A DNA stretch of 52,733 nt from a bacterium. GTDB lineage: Bacteria; Patescibacteriota; Minisyncoccia; Phycocordibacterales; UBA1006. The position numbers and the translations under genes were made by a program. The stretch lies in NCBI GenBank assembly GCA_037144045.1, contig JBAWXN010000002.1, positions 1-52,733 on the forward strand, given 5' to 3'. Positions 18,363-26,565 of the stretch are shown piece by piece. Under the pieces are notes generated by a model, which searched no databases, was not told where the DNA came from, and saw nothing but the letters and a program-made list of their open reading frames with translations. Position 1 is the first letter of the stretch, and each line of letters opens with the position of its first letter.

Positions 18363-19343
18363 ATGTTCACTCATAAATACAACAATATCATATCGGTGGA
18401 AAATCTGCTTTCGACATGGGAGCGTTTCCTCAAAGGAAAGCGTGGGAAAAAGGATGTGATGATTTTTCAGTCGAAGTTTTCCGATAATATTCTTGCGTTG
18501 CACAAAGAGCTTGTGGGGCGGTCATATGTTCATGGGGCATATTCGGCGTTCAATGTGTCGGATCCGAAGCCGAGAAACATCCACAAGGCGGAAGTTCGCG
18601 ACCGACTGCTCCACCACCTCATCTACAAGGAGCTGTATTGGTATTTTGATACTCGATTCATCCACGATTCGTATTCGTGTCGCAAGGATAAAGGAACCCA
18701 TAAGGCGCTCGACAGGTTTCGTGAATTTGCTGGAAAGGTATCCAAAAACAACACCCGAACGTGCTACGTTTTGAAATGTGATATTAGAAAGTTCTTCTCG
18801 AGCATTGACCATGAGACGCTTCATATAATTCTGAAACGGCATATCGAAGACCCTGAGATGCACTGGCTCATCGGTCAGGTTGTCTCGAGTTTTCATACGA
18901 CAAGGGTTGGTGTGGGGCTTCCGCTTGGCAACCTTACTTCTCAACTGTTGGTGAATATCTACATGCATGAGTTCGATATGTTCGTTAAGCAGGAGCTTCG
19001 TGTTAAATATTATTTAAGGTACGCGGACGATTTTGCTGTTCTTTCGGATGACAGGAAGTATCTGGAAGAAATACTTATCAAGATGGAGGAATTTCTGAAA
19101 ACTAAATTAAAGCTAAGTCTTCACGAGGACAAGGTGTATATCAAGACGTATGCGACAGGTGTGGACTTTTTGGGATGGGTTCATTTTCCATACCACAGGC
19201 AGATACGTACGACGACAAAACACAAAGTTGTTAGAAATCTGAAAGGATATCCGAAACCCGAAACGGTGAGCTCATATAGGGGGTTGCTAGAGCATGGAGA
19301 TACTTATGATTTGAGAAGACGGACAGGGTTGCAACCGTTATAG
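18363..19343 (+). CDS. DGR reverse transcriptase
   Basis: KPRNIH..EVRDRLLHH, KCDIRKFF.SIDH, GLPLGNLTSQ and YLRYADDF motifs; no maturase/endonuclease tail; adjacent TR/VR. Confidence 0.97.
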   Translation: MFTHKYNNIISVENLLSTWERFLKGKRGKKDVMIFQSKFSDNILALHKELVGRSYVHGAYSAFNVSDPKPRNIHKAEVRDRLLHHLIYKELYWYFDTRFIHDSYSCRKDKGTHKALDRFREFAGKVSKNNTRTCYVLKCDIRKFFSSIDHETLHIILKRHIEDPEMHWLIGQVVSSFHTTRVGVGLPLGNLTSQLLVNIYMHEFDMFVKQELRVKYYLRYADDFAVLSDDRKYLEEILIKMEEFLKTKLKLSLHEDKVYIKTYATGVDFLGWVHFPYHRQIRTTTKHKVVRNLKGYPKPETVSSYRGLLEHGDTYDLRRRTGLQPL

Positions 19344-19370
19344 CTTTTCCGACACTTCCGTCAGGAACGA
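19338..19370. repeat. Partial att-like left arm (site A')
   Basis: TTATAGCTTT identical to site C (20928-20937), followed by CCGA...CAGG. Contains the RT stop codon; lacks the GAGC core. Confidence 0.4.
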
Positions 19371-19405
19371 CGGTAACTTTGTCATGAAGAAATGATGGTG
19401 ATCCT

Positions 19406-19505
19406 CCTCGATAATCAGGGTTCTGATCTGGCGCAGTCGTGCGAGCCAGCAAAAAGACCTTATTTTATATAGGTCTTTTTTGTTACCTTTTGGTGAATTC
19501 GAACC
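19406..19505. repeat. att-like site A
   Basis: CCTCGATAAT starts 37 nt before GAGC (19443), as in site B. Right arm: CAGCAAAAAGACCT hairpin, TTGTTACCTTT, then ATTCGAACC 50 nt after the core. Confidence 0.75.
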
Positions 19506-20081
19506 TTATACTATTCGCCTTACAATTTTTTGAAGTTTAGGTATAATTTCTTCCTTAAACCAAGGGTTCTTCTTTAGCCAGATATTGTTACGTGGTGAAG
19601 GGTGGACTAATGGTAGGTAGTTTGGTAAATATTCTTCAAATGATTTAACTGTTTCAGTGAGGGACTTTTTTCGTTTTGTGCCAAGATAAAGTTCCTGTGA
19701 ATACTGTCCAATTAAAATAGTTAATTCTATGTTTGGCATATTTTCTAAAATAAGTGGATGCCACTTTTCTGCAAAACCTTTTCGTGGTGGCACATCACCT
19801 CGCTCCTTGCTACCAGGAAAATAGAAATCCATTGGAACCAAAGCGACCTTCTTTTCATCATAAAAAATTTCTTTAATCATTCCGAGCCACGCTCTTAAGT
19901 TATCTCCGCTTAAATCATTCCACGGTACATTACTTTCTTGTGCTAAGCGTCCTGGTGCTTGTCCTATGATAAGTATCTTTGCAGACTTGTGAGCTGTGTA
20001 AATAGGTTCCCATCCTTTTTTGTGAAAAGGTTTGTTTTCTTTGTCATTTATAATTTCTCCTTTTATCTGCTTTAGGTTCAT
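19506..20081 (-). CDS. Uracil-DNA glycosylase superfamily protein
   Basis: IIGQAPG and LVHPSPRN UDG motifs; lies exactly between sites A and B. Confidence 0.9.
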   Translation of the reverse strand: MNLKQIKGEIINDKENKPFHKKGWEPIYTAHKSAKILIIGQAPGRLAQESNVPWNDLSGDNLRAWLGMIKEIFYDEKKVALVPMDFYFPGSKERGDVPPRKGFAEKWHPLILENMPNIELTILIGQYSQELYLGTKRKKSLTETVKSFEEYLPNYLPLVHPSPRNNIWLKKNPWFKEEIIPKLQKIVRRIV

Positions 20082-20100
20082 ATGCTAACTATATCATTTT

Positions 20101-20200
20101 CCTCGATAATTACTTGTCGAACATCCTCCCAAGTTCGGAGCAAAATTTTAATCTTATTTTGTAAAGGCAATTTTACATACTTTAAAAGAAGTTCGAACCT
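20101..20200. repeat. att-like site B
   Basis: GTCGAAC-N10-GTTCG-GAGC (core 20138), then GTTCGAACC at 20191. Confidence 0.8.
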
Positions 20201-20216
20201 GTGATATTATTTAGTT

Positions 20217-20927
20217 ATGAAAAAAATAACAGGTATTTTGTTTGTTGTTGGTGCGCTGATAGTAAACATACCGTACGCATTACTTATTAGTAATTTTAAT
20301 TATCCAGATATTTTAAGAGAACCTGCAGGAGTGGTGCTTACTAATTTTGCAGCTGGAGGTAGCAATTTGATCTATACTTGGCTCTTCTTTGCACTCGCAG
20401 GATTACCACTTCTTTTCGCTACAATAATGCTTGGAAAACTATGGAAGAATGCTTCTAGTACTCTGGTGAGCTTAGCTACTACTTTTGGAATAATCGCACT
20501 TGTCGCTCAGTTGATTGGTCTTTTGAGATGGGTCTTCGTTGTTCCAATACTAGCTCAGAATTATGTTGCGAACGGCGCTACAGAAGCGATACAGACAGCT
20601 TCGACCGTAGCATTTCAAACAGTTAACCAATTCGGAGGTGTACTCCTTGGGGAATACGTAGGTCAGCTTTTCAGTATTATTTCTATGTTCTTATTCAGTA
20701 TTATTATTTTACGTAATAAACTTTTGAAGTCGTGGGTTGCCTGGCTTGGTTTTGTGGCATCTCTAATCTATCTACTTGCCGAAACTGAACTATTTCATAC
20801 AGTTATACCTTCATTCCCAGTGGTGGATGTCGCTGGTCTACTTGGGAGTGTATTATGGATCGTTTGGTTAATTTCTATAGGGGTATTATTAATCACTCAG
20901 AAGAATTCTCCAAATCAAGCTCAGTAA
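20217..20927 (+). CDS. DUF4386-like membrane protein
   Basis: FNYPDILREP...GLLRWVFVVP.LA pattern; multi-TM; lies between sites B and C. Confidence 0.75.
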   Translation: MKKITGILFVVGALIVNIPYALLISNFNYPDILREPAGVVLTNFAAGGSNLIYTWLFFALAGLPLLFATIMLGKLWKNASSTLVSLATTFGIIALVAQLIGLLRWVFVVPILAQNYVANGATEAIQTASTVAFQTVNQFGGVLLGEYVGQLFSIISMFLFSIIILRNKLLKSWVAWLGFVASLIYLLAETELFHTVIPSFPVVDVAGLLGSVLWIVWLISIGVLLITQKNSPNQAQ

Positions 20928-21021
20928 TTATAGCTTTCCGAACATTGTCCCAGGTGCGGAGCCAGCAAAATCACCTTATAAAACAGGGTGATTTTTTGTT
21001 ACCTTTCTAGGAGTTCGAACC
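20924..21021. repeat. att-like site C
   Basis: TCCGAAC-N10-GTGCG-GAGC (core 20959), CAGCAAAATCACC hairpin, TTGTTACCTTT, then GTTCGAACC at 21013. Right arm closely similar to site A. Confidence 0.8.
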
Positions 21022-21058
21022 TGGCTAATTTATAGTATTAGTTCTATACTTTTATTAT

Positions 21059-21406
21059 ATGTTTATTATTACAGTATCACATTTAATCAATGTTCTAGTT
21101 GCCGGCGTAATAGCGTTGCTTTTAATGAGTAATGAGCGTCATATGAAAAAAGTATTTGGTGATGTAACTCCTGCAAGACAGATACTTTCATCTCTTTATA
21201 TGGCTATAGCAGTAGCTTCTTTCGTTGCGCTTGCTCTACCACAGTACGGTATTGCTATTGCTCTCGTACTTTTTCCTATTCAGATACTTTACAAGCTTTC
21301 TACACTGGTCACGGTGTCTTCAAAAAGCAATCCTGTAATCTGGTGTAATTTAGCGATTTCAATTGTGCACGCAATATCTCTTTACACTATTTACTTTCTT
21401 CAATAA
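21059..21406 (+). CDS. Small membrane protein
   Basis: 115-aa hydrophobic ORF; its stop codon lies inside site D. Confidence 0.75.
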   Translation: MFIITVSHLINVLVAGVIALLLMSNERHMKKVFGDVTPARQILSSLYMAIAVASFVALALPQYGIAIALVLFPIQILYKLSTLVTVSSKSNPVIWCNLAISIVHAISLYTIYFLQ

Positions 21407-21440
21407 TCGCAATTCGAACATCACCCCACGTTCGGAGCCA
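21400..21440. repeat. att-like site D (left arm + core)
   Basis: TTCGAAC-N10-GTTCG-GAGC (core 21435). Confidence 0.8.
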
Positions 21441-21452
21441 GTTAGTAATTCT

Positions 21453-21493
21453 CCAATAACAGCTATCCGAAATCCGTCCAAGGTTCGGAGCAT
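21453..21493. repeat. att-like site E (left arm + core)
   Basis: TCCGAAA-N10-GTTCG-GAGC (core 21488); its GGAG sits at Shine-Dalgarno distance from ATG 21494. Confidence 0.8.
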
Positions 21494-21949
21494 ATGAAAA
21501 AACTTCTTGAAAACAGTAGGTATATCGTCTATTTTGCAGTGGTGTCTTCACTGATCGCTTCTCTTGCAACGTTCGTATGGGCGACTGTTCGAATGCTTAC
21601 TACCTTGTACCACATGTTCCTTGAAATGGGTGGGGAGGGAGCAAATTTTGCGACGACTCATTTAGTAGGAATTCTTGACGCATTTATCCTTGCAGTCATT
21701 TTCTATATTTTCTCAGTCGCACTCCATGAGTTGTTCATCGGCGACCTTGATTTACCTAATTGGCTTGAGATCAGAACCCTTGATGACCTCAAAAAGAAAG
21801 TTTCGAGCGTAATCGCACTCATGCTCGCAGTCACCTTTTTGGAGCACATCACTCAATGGGTCGATCCACTCGGAACGCTTTACTTTGGTATTGCGATAGC
21901 GGTTGTCATCTTTGCACTCATTTTCTACATGAAGGAAAAGGATAAGTAA
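21494..21949 (+). CDS. YqhA/UPF0114 family membrane protein
   Basis: LD..LDDLKKKV..VI.L.LAVTFLE pattern. Confidence 0.85.
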   Translation: MKKLLENSRYIVYFAVVSSLIASLATFVWATVRMLTTLYHMFLEMGGEGANFATTHLVGILDAFILAVIFYIFSVALHELFIGDLDLPNWLEIRTLDDLKKKVSSVIALMLAVTFLEHITQWVDPLGTLYFGIAIAVVIFALIFYMKEKDK

Positions 21950-21961
21950 GAGCGCAATTTA

Positions 21962-22037
21962 GCGCTTCTCCCTTTTCGGAAATGGTTCAAAGTTGGAGCA
22001 AGAGTAGTATAAAAGAGCACGCAAGTGTTCTTTTTAT
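21962..22037. repeat. Degenerate att-like site F followed by a terminator hairpin (candidate array end)
   Basis: TTCGGAA-N10-GTTG-GAGC (core 21996; one base short), then AAAAGAGCAC-GCAA-GTGTTCTTTT. Confidence 0.55.
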
Positions 22038-22073
22038 CTTTAGCAGAATCTAAATCTATGCTATCGTTCTTAT

Positions 22074-23360
22074 ATGAATAAAAAATACACGATCATGGTA
22101 ATCGCTTGTGCAGTCCTTATTGGTGGGGTTCACTTTGCAGCTGCTCAAGAAACAATGCAGTTGCGAGCTGTTACCAATACACGTACCAATCTAAGAGTAT
22201 CCCCCGAACCGGAAACACCTACCATCGTCGTATCCGACACAACCCCTGTATTTGAAACATCTACTCCTACCCCATCACCAGTAATAACCGTTACTTCGGG
22301 AAGCACCGAGTTCAGTACCATAACCTGTATTAAGACAACAACAGGTTCATGTATTCTCTATTCTTGTTCAGATGGTACAAAAACAAATACGTGTGATTTA
22401 ATGTGTAAAACCACTAAACCGGCAGACCCCTCATTAGTTGGAGCCGTAGTAACCGATGAACCTAAGATCACCAGCTTCTTCCCTGAATCAGGTAATGCAG
22501 GTACCCAAGTTCGTGTCTATCTAACCAAAGGTCAGAAAGCTTTTTCAGGTCCAGATTCTATTGAAATCGGTGGGGTCAAAGCAAAAATGATCTTGTTCGG
22601 TAATGTTCCAGGAAGTAAGGCAGATTTCTACACAGACATTATTGTTCCTGAGGGTGCAAAGACGGGTAAAATTACGATTACCAAACCACAGACATTTGCA
22701 AAGTCGGGATCAAGTGATGCAGACTTTGTTGTAATCCCAACTCAGGATGCGCCTTTTATTACTTCGATAAAACCAATTGCTGGATATCCTGGACAGGAAG
22801 TCATCGTGGAATATTATATGGGAACGAAAACTTTTTCTGGACTGGATTCGATTGAAATCGGCGGAGTGCCGGTTGTCACAAAAATGCACAGTGATGTATG
22901 GGCGAAAAAGCCTCATGGGTATATGGAAAAAATTATCATTCCAGATAATGCAAAGTCAGGTAAAATTACCTTGAACAAGAAAAATTTTGGAAGCGTTTCC
23001 AGTAAAGATGATTTCATTGTTACTGCCGCAACCGATGCGCCAACCATCCTTTCGTTTTCACCGACAGGTGGATCGCCTGGTGACGAGATAATCCTTAAGG
23101 TAGTCGCTGGGAAGAAAAACTTTTCGGCACCTGATGCGATTTATATCGGGGAAGTAAAAGCAGAAATAGTTAAAGGTCTTACTGATACAACTGGAATACG
23201 AACCTACACTATCAGGGTTCCTGAAAATGCAAAAACTGGAAAAATTATTTTCCGAAAACCAGGAGCGTTCGTAGATGTAGCCACCGTTACAGATTTTCAA
23301 GTTTATGGGGCTGTGAAGTCTTTCTTCCACAAGGTAGGAAATTTCTTCAAAGGAAAATAA
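22074..23360 (+). CDS. Secreted protein with three IPT/TIG-like repeats
   Basis: Signal peptide, Thr/Pro-rich linker, three repeats starting PKITSFFPESG / PFITSIKPIAG / PTILSFSPTGG. Confidence 0.8.
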   Translation: MNKKYTIMVIACAVLIGGVHFAAAQETMQLRAVTNTRTNLRVSPEPETPTIVVSDTTPVFETSTPTPSPVITVTSGSTEFSTITCIKTTTGSCILYSCSDGTKTNTCDLMCKTTKPADPSLVGAVVTDEPKITSFFPESGNAGTQVRVYLTKGQKAFSGPDSIEIGGVKAKMILFGNVPGSKADFYTDIIVPEGAKTGKITITKPQTFAKSGSSDADFVVIPTQDAPFITSIKPIAGYPGQEVIVEYYMGTKTFSGLDSIEIGGVPVVTKMHSDVWAKKPHGYMEKIIIPDNAKSGKITLNKKNFGSVSSKDDFIVTAATDAPTILSFSPTGGSPGDEIILKVVAGKKNFSAPDAIYIGEVKAEIVKGLTDTTGIRTYTIRVPENAKTGKIIFRKPGAFVDVATVTDFQVYGAVKSFFHKVGNFFKGK

Positions 23361-23367
23361 TAGCACT

Positions 23368-23395
23368 AAAAATCTCCCGATATTGGGAGATTTTT
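23368..23395. terminator. Bidirectional intrinsic terminator
   Basis: AAAAATCTCCC/GGGAGATTTTT stem between convergent genes. Confidence 0.75.
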
Positions 23396-23403
23396 GGTTT
23401 AAC

Positions 23404-23754
23404 TTAAAAAAATCTTTCAATTACTATTTTACCGTCTTTAATTTTATAAACGCAGATTTCAGATTCTTTATTTCGCCCACGAGTTTTACTGGTAATATCC
23501 ATAGTCATAACACAAGCAAAACTGTCATCAGCAACAATAGGGTCACTGATGGTCATCTCATGCATTTCTGCAATATCTGACTGCCATTCTTGAGACGCTG
23601 CTTGTGCTTCTTCTTTACCATGTCGGACGACTCCTCCCCATTCAGCGAGTTCATGAGTCTCCCAGCCAGGTGCAAAAAGCTCATCCCATGCTCCTTCAAA
23701 ATTATTTGCTCGACACAGCTCTACTAATCTATTTGCTATTTCTTGTGTGTTCAT
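23404..23754 (-). CDS. SnoaL/NTF2-like protein
   Basis: MNTQEIANRLVELCR...EICVYKIKDGKIV.ERFF pattern. Confidence 0.8.
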   Translation of the reverse strand: MNTQEIANRLVELCRANNFEGAWDELFAPGWETHELAEWGGVVRHGKEEAQAASQEWQSDIAEMHEMTISDPIVADDSFACVMTMDITSKTRGRNKESEICVYKIKDGKIVIERFF

Positions 23755-23827
23755 ACTATCTTTAATTAACTTTTAATATACTCATTATAATGCAAAACTT
23801 ATTCAAACAGTACCCCCTTCAAGATAA

Positions 23828-24316
23828 TTATTTCAGGTAACTGTCGAACCAGATCGCATGACACGTGTAACCACCCACGTTCTTTTGTAAGTAGTCTTGA
23901 TGATAGCTTTCAGCTTTGTAAAAGGTAGTTAATGGTTCTAATGTTGTAACTACAGGATCGCTCCATCGTTTTGATGCATTTACAATTTTAATAAAATTTT
24001 CTCCTTCATTTTTTTCCTCCTCATTTCCATAGAAAATTGCAGAGCGGTATGAGGTACCCTTATCATTTCCCTGTTGATTAAGCGTTGTTGGATTATGGAT
24101 CTGAAAGAAGAAATCGAGGAGGTTTTTATATGAAGTCTTGGACGGATCGTATTCAATTTCCACGGCTTCGGCGTGCCCTGGATGATTATCGTAGGTTGGA
24201 TTCTCATTCTTTCCACCAGTATAACCAACCTCAGTAGCGATCACACCTGGCTGGGTCCTAATAAGGTCTTCCAGCCCCCAGAAACATCCTCCAGCGAGTA
24301 CTATTTTCTTATTCAT
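23828..24316 (-). CDS. msrA: Peptide methionine sulfoxide reductase MsrA
   Basis: GGCFWG active site, GYTGG, HAEAV, YHQDY; start refined from 24331. Confidence 0.95.
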   Translation of the reverse strand: MNKKIVLAGGCFWGLEDLIRTQPGVIATEVGYTGGKNENPTYDNHPGHAEAVEIEYDPSKTSYKNLLDFFFQIHNPTTLNQQGNDKGTSYRSAIFYGNEEEKNEGENFIKIVNASKRWSDPVVTTLEPLTTFYKAESYHQDYLQKNVGGYTCHAIWFDSYLK

Positions 24317-24317
24317 A

Positions 24318-24725
24318 CTATTTTTCATCAATATCTAAACAAACTGAATTAATACATAGATGTTTCCCTGTTTTTGATTCTGCATCATCAAACAAATGTC
24401 CCAAATGAGATTTGCAATTCGCACATACTACCTCAGTACGGTGCATTCCCATACTGTCATCATCTTGCATTTCTATAGCTCCGGGCAGTGCCTCGTCAAA
24501 ACTTGGCCACCCACGCAATCCCGCCATGTCTGAATGAAATTTCGCAGTACTAGGAAATAAAGGCGCACTACAAGCTTTGCAAGTATAGGTACCTTCTGGA
24601 TTTTCTTTATAAAATCTTCCAGAAAAAGGTGCCTCGGTACCTTTTTCTCTTAACACGTTATATTGCTCAGGTGTTAACTTATTCTTGAACTCTTCTTCAT
24701 TAGTAGGCATGTCATGATTATTCAT
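24318..24725 (-). CDS. msrB: Methionine-R-sulfoxide reductase MsrB (Zn-type)
   Basis: CKAC/CANC Zn motifs, GWPSF, HLGHLF, CINS. Confidence 0.95.
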   Translation of the reverse strand: MNNHDMPTNEEEFKNKLTPEQYNVLREKGTEAPFSGRFYKENPEGTYTCKACSAPLFPSTAKFHSDMAGLRGWPSFDEALPGAIEMQDDDSMGMHRTEVVCANCKSHLGHLFDDAESKTGKHLCINSVCLDIDEK

Positions 24726-24752
24726 ATAGGTTGTTTATTTGTATTATAAAGA

Positions 24753-26564
24753 TTAATTAAATAAGTAGAGATATTTTCCATAACCATTCCGATCCATTTC
24801 TTCTTTAGGAATAAATTTAAGTGAAGCAGAGTTAGTGCAAAAACGCCTACCACCTGCTTCTTTGGGACCATCCTCGAAAACGTGACCAACGTGTCCGCCA
24901 TCGCTTCGTATTTCTGTACGAGTCGTGGAGAGCGAATTGTCCGCATGCATGGTTACTGAATCATCATCAATCGTCCTCCAGAAGCTTGGCCATCCGGTGC
25001 CTGAATCATATTTATGAGTACTCGAAAAAAGTGGTTTTCCCGTGACGATGTCGACATAGATACCAGCTGCCTTGTTATTCCAATAGGAATTATTAAATGG
25101 CGACTCGGTCCCGCTCTCTGCAACCACATGGTATGCGAGCGGATCCAAGTTCTTGAGCAGTTCCGCAATTTCTTCTTCGGTGTAATCGTAGTCACTCTTT
25201 TTTGATATACCTTCCTTTGCTTGAGTTTTTGCCTGCTCTGATTGTAAAAATTGTATTGCAGCATCCTTTCCCCATGTTTCTTCTACGAATCCAGCTCGAC
25301 CTGACCCTTTCTTATATCGCTCATAATGATCCGCTGCCTTTTTGTAATAATCCTGATGATATTCTTCGGCTTTAAAGAATGTGGTGAAAGGAAGTATTTC
25401 CGTTGCTATCGGCTTATTGAATAAATCACTTTTCTCTAATCGTTGTTTTGAATCTCGAGCCACCATTTCTTGCTCTTCGCTTTGAAAGAAAATTGCGGTG
25501 GTGTATTGAAATCCCTTGTCTGCAAACTGTCCGTTGATATTTGTCGGATCAATATGTGACCAATAAATATCTAATATTTTCTCCGTAGAAATAACACTTG
25601 GATCATAGGTTATCTGTACCGCTTCGCGATGTTTTGTCGTTCCTTGTGCAACCGAGAGATATGATGCATTTGATTCGTCACCTCCCGCATATCCAGAAAC
25701 CGCATCGATGACTCCGACCTCTTCTTGAAAATATGCTTCGGTGCACCAAAAGCATCCCCCTGCAAGCGTAATGGTTTCATACTGCATGTCTGAAGTATTC
25801 AGAATTGATTGCCCTTGCACTGAATTATTTTTAGGGGCAAATTTCTCGATGAGTGAATCTTCAAGTTGTATCGTTGCGCCATACCCTGAATCTAAAATAA
25901 GAGTTTCTATTTTCTTGTCATAACCCGTAAGAACTGCAATACCTACCAGAATAATAAGCACTCCAAATACTTTCTTGATCGTTCCTGCGGTCTGCATATG
26001 CGCAGTTACTTTATTCACAATTTTTTGACCAAAGTAAGCAATAACCAGTAGTGAGATCGCGAGACCAGTGGTGAAGCCAAGGAGATAGATAAATCCTCCG
26101 ATAAATGTTGCAGGGAGAACTGTGGCAATAATAAAGAGATATGTCGGAGAACATGTAGTGAACACTGGACCCAGTGCCAAACCGATCAGTATATCCCCCT
26201 TATAGCTTTTCTTTTGATAACCTGTTCCAACTGCTTTATTGCTCGCAATATTCAGTTTATTAATGTAGGGTATCTTTGCCCAAAATGATGGAGATACTAT
26301 AGCAAGACCAACAAGAATAATCACGACTCCAGAAAAACTCGTCCAGAATAGTTGAGGAATAGTAATAAACAGTGTTGTTGCTTTTAAAAGTAATGTAAAC
26401 AAGACCACTGATACAGATAGTGAACCAATTACTGTAAGTGCTCGTTTTGAGACTCCTCGAGAGCCTTCTTCTGATGCTCCTATTACCACAGGGAGCAGTG
26501 GTAATATACATGGTGCAAGTACGGTAAATACTCCTGCTAGAACTGAGATAATAAAGAAGACCAT
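24753..26564 (-). CDS. CcdA/DsbD-type TM domain fused to MsrA and MsrB
   Basis: N-terminal APCILPLLP and FTTCSP membrane domain; GGCFWC MsrA; GTGWPSF...HVGHVF..GP...RFCTNS MsrB without Zn cysteines. Confidence 0.9.
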   Translation of the reverse strand: MVFFIISVLAGVFTVLAPCILPLLPVVIGASEEGSRGVSKRALTVIGSLSVSVVLFTLLLKATTLFITIPQLFWTSFSGVVIILVGLAIVSPSFWAKIPYINKLNIASNKAVGTGYQKKSYKGDILIGLALGPVFTTCSPTYLFIIATVLPATFIGGFIYLLGFTTGLAISLLVIAYFGQKIVNKVTAHMQTAGTIKKVFGVLIILVGIAVLTGYDKKIETLILDSGYGATIQLEDSLIEKFAPKNNSVQGQSILNTSDMQYETITLAGGCFWCTEAYFQEEVGVIDAVSGYAGGDESNASYLSVAQGTTKHREAVQITYDPSVISTEKILDIYWSHIDPTNINGQFADKGFQYTTAIFFQSEEQEMVARDSKQRLEKSDLFNKPIATEILPFTTFFKAEEYHQDYYKKAADHYERYKKGSGRAGFVEETWGKDAAIQFLQSEQAKTQAKEGISKKSDYDYTEEEIAELLKNLDPLAYHVVAESGTESPFNNSYWNNKAAGIYVDIVTGKPLFSSTHKYDSGTGWPSFWRTIDDDSVTMHADNSLSTTRTEIRSDGGHVGHVFEDGPKEAGGRRFCTNSASLKFIPKEEMDRNGYGKYLYLFN

Positions 26565-26565
26565 A

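Larger units (their letters stand above)
4526..19446. mobile_element. tRNA-Asn-integrated genomic island (LSR + satellite-like module + cargo + DGR); right boundary inferred
   Basis: Left end is the LSR/tRNA junction. The first matching GAGC-core site downstream is at 19443-19446. May be a composite of several units with decayed internal sites. Confidence 0.55.

Noticed and set aside
18363-19343. Group II intron or retron RT
   Set aside because: It lacks maturase/endonuclease domains and a retron-type VTG region, and has adjacent TR/VR and Avd.
20116-20137. LexA boxes (CGAAC...GTTCG) as the explanation for the repeated sites
   Set aside because: The spacer is 10 nt, not the 4 nt of the box at 48546-48557. 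Copies lie at gene 3' ends and extend into a conserved core and right arm. A different repressor operator cannot be fully excluded.
21400-21493. CRISPR repeat-spacer unit
   Set aside because: Only two adjacent, divergent copies. The other copies are separated by whole genes, and there are no cas genes.
19338-22050. Classical integron attC array
   Set aside because: There is no tyrosine IntI in the window and no RYYYAAC/GTTRRRY box pairs. The core instead matches the tRNA/serine-recombinase junction.
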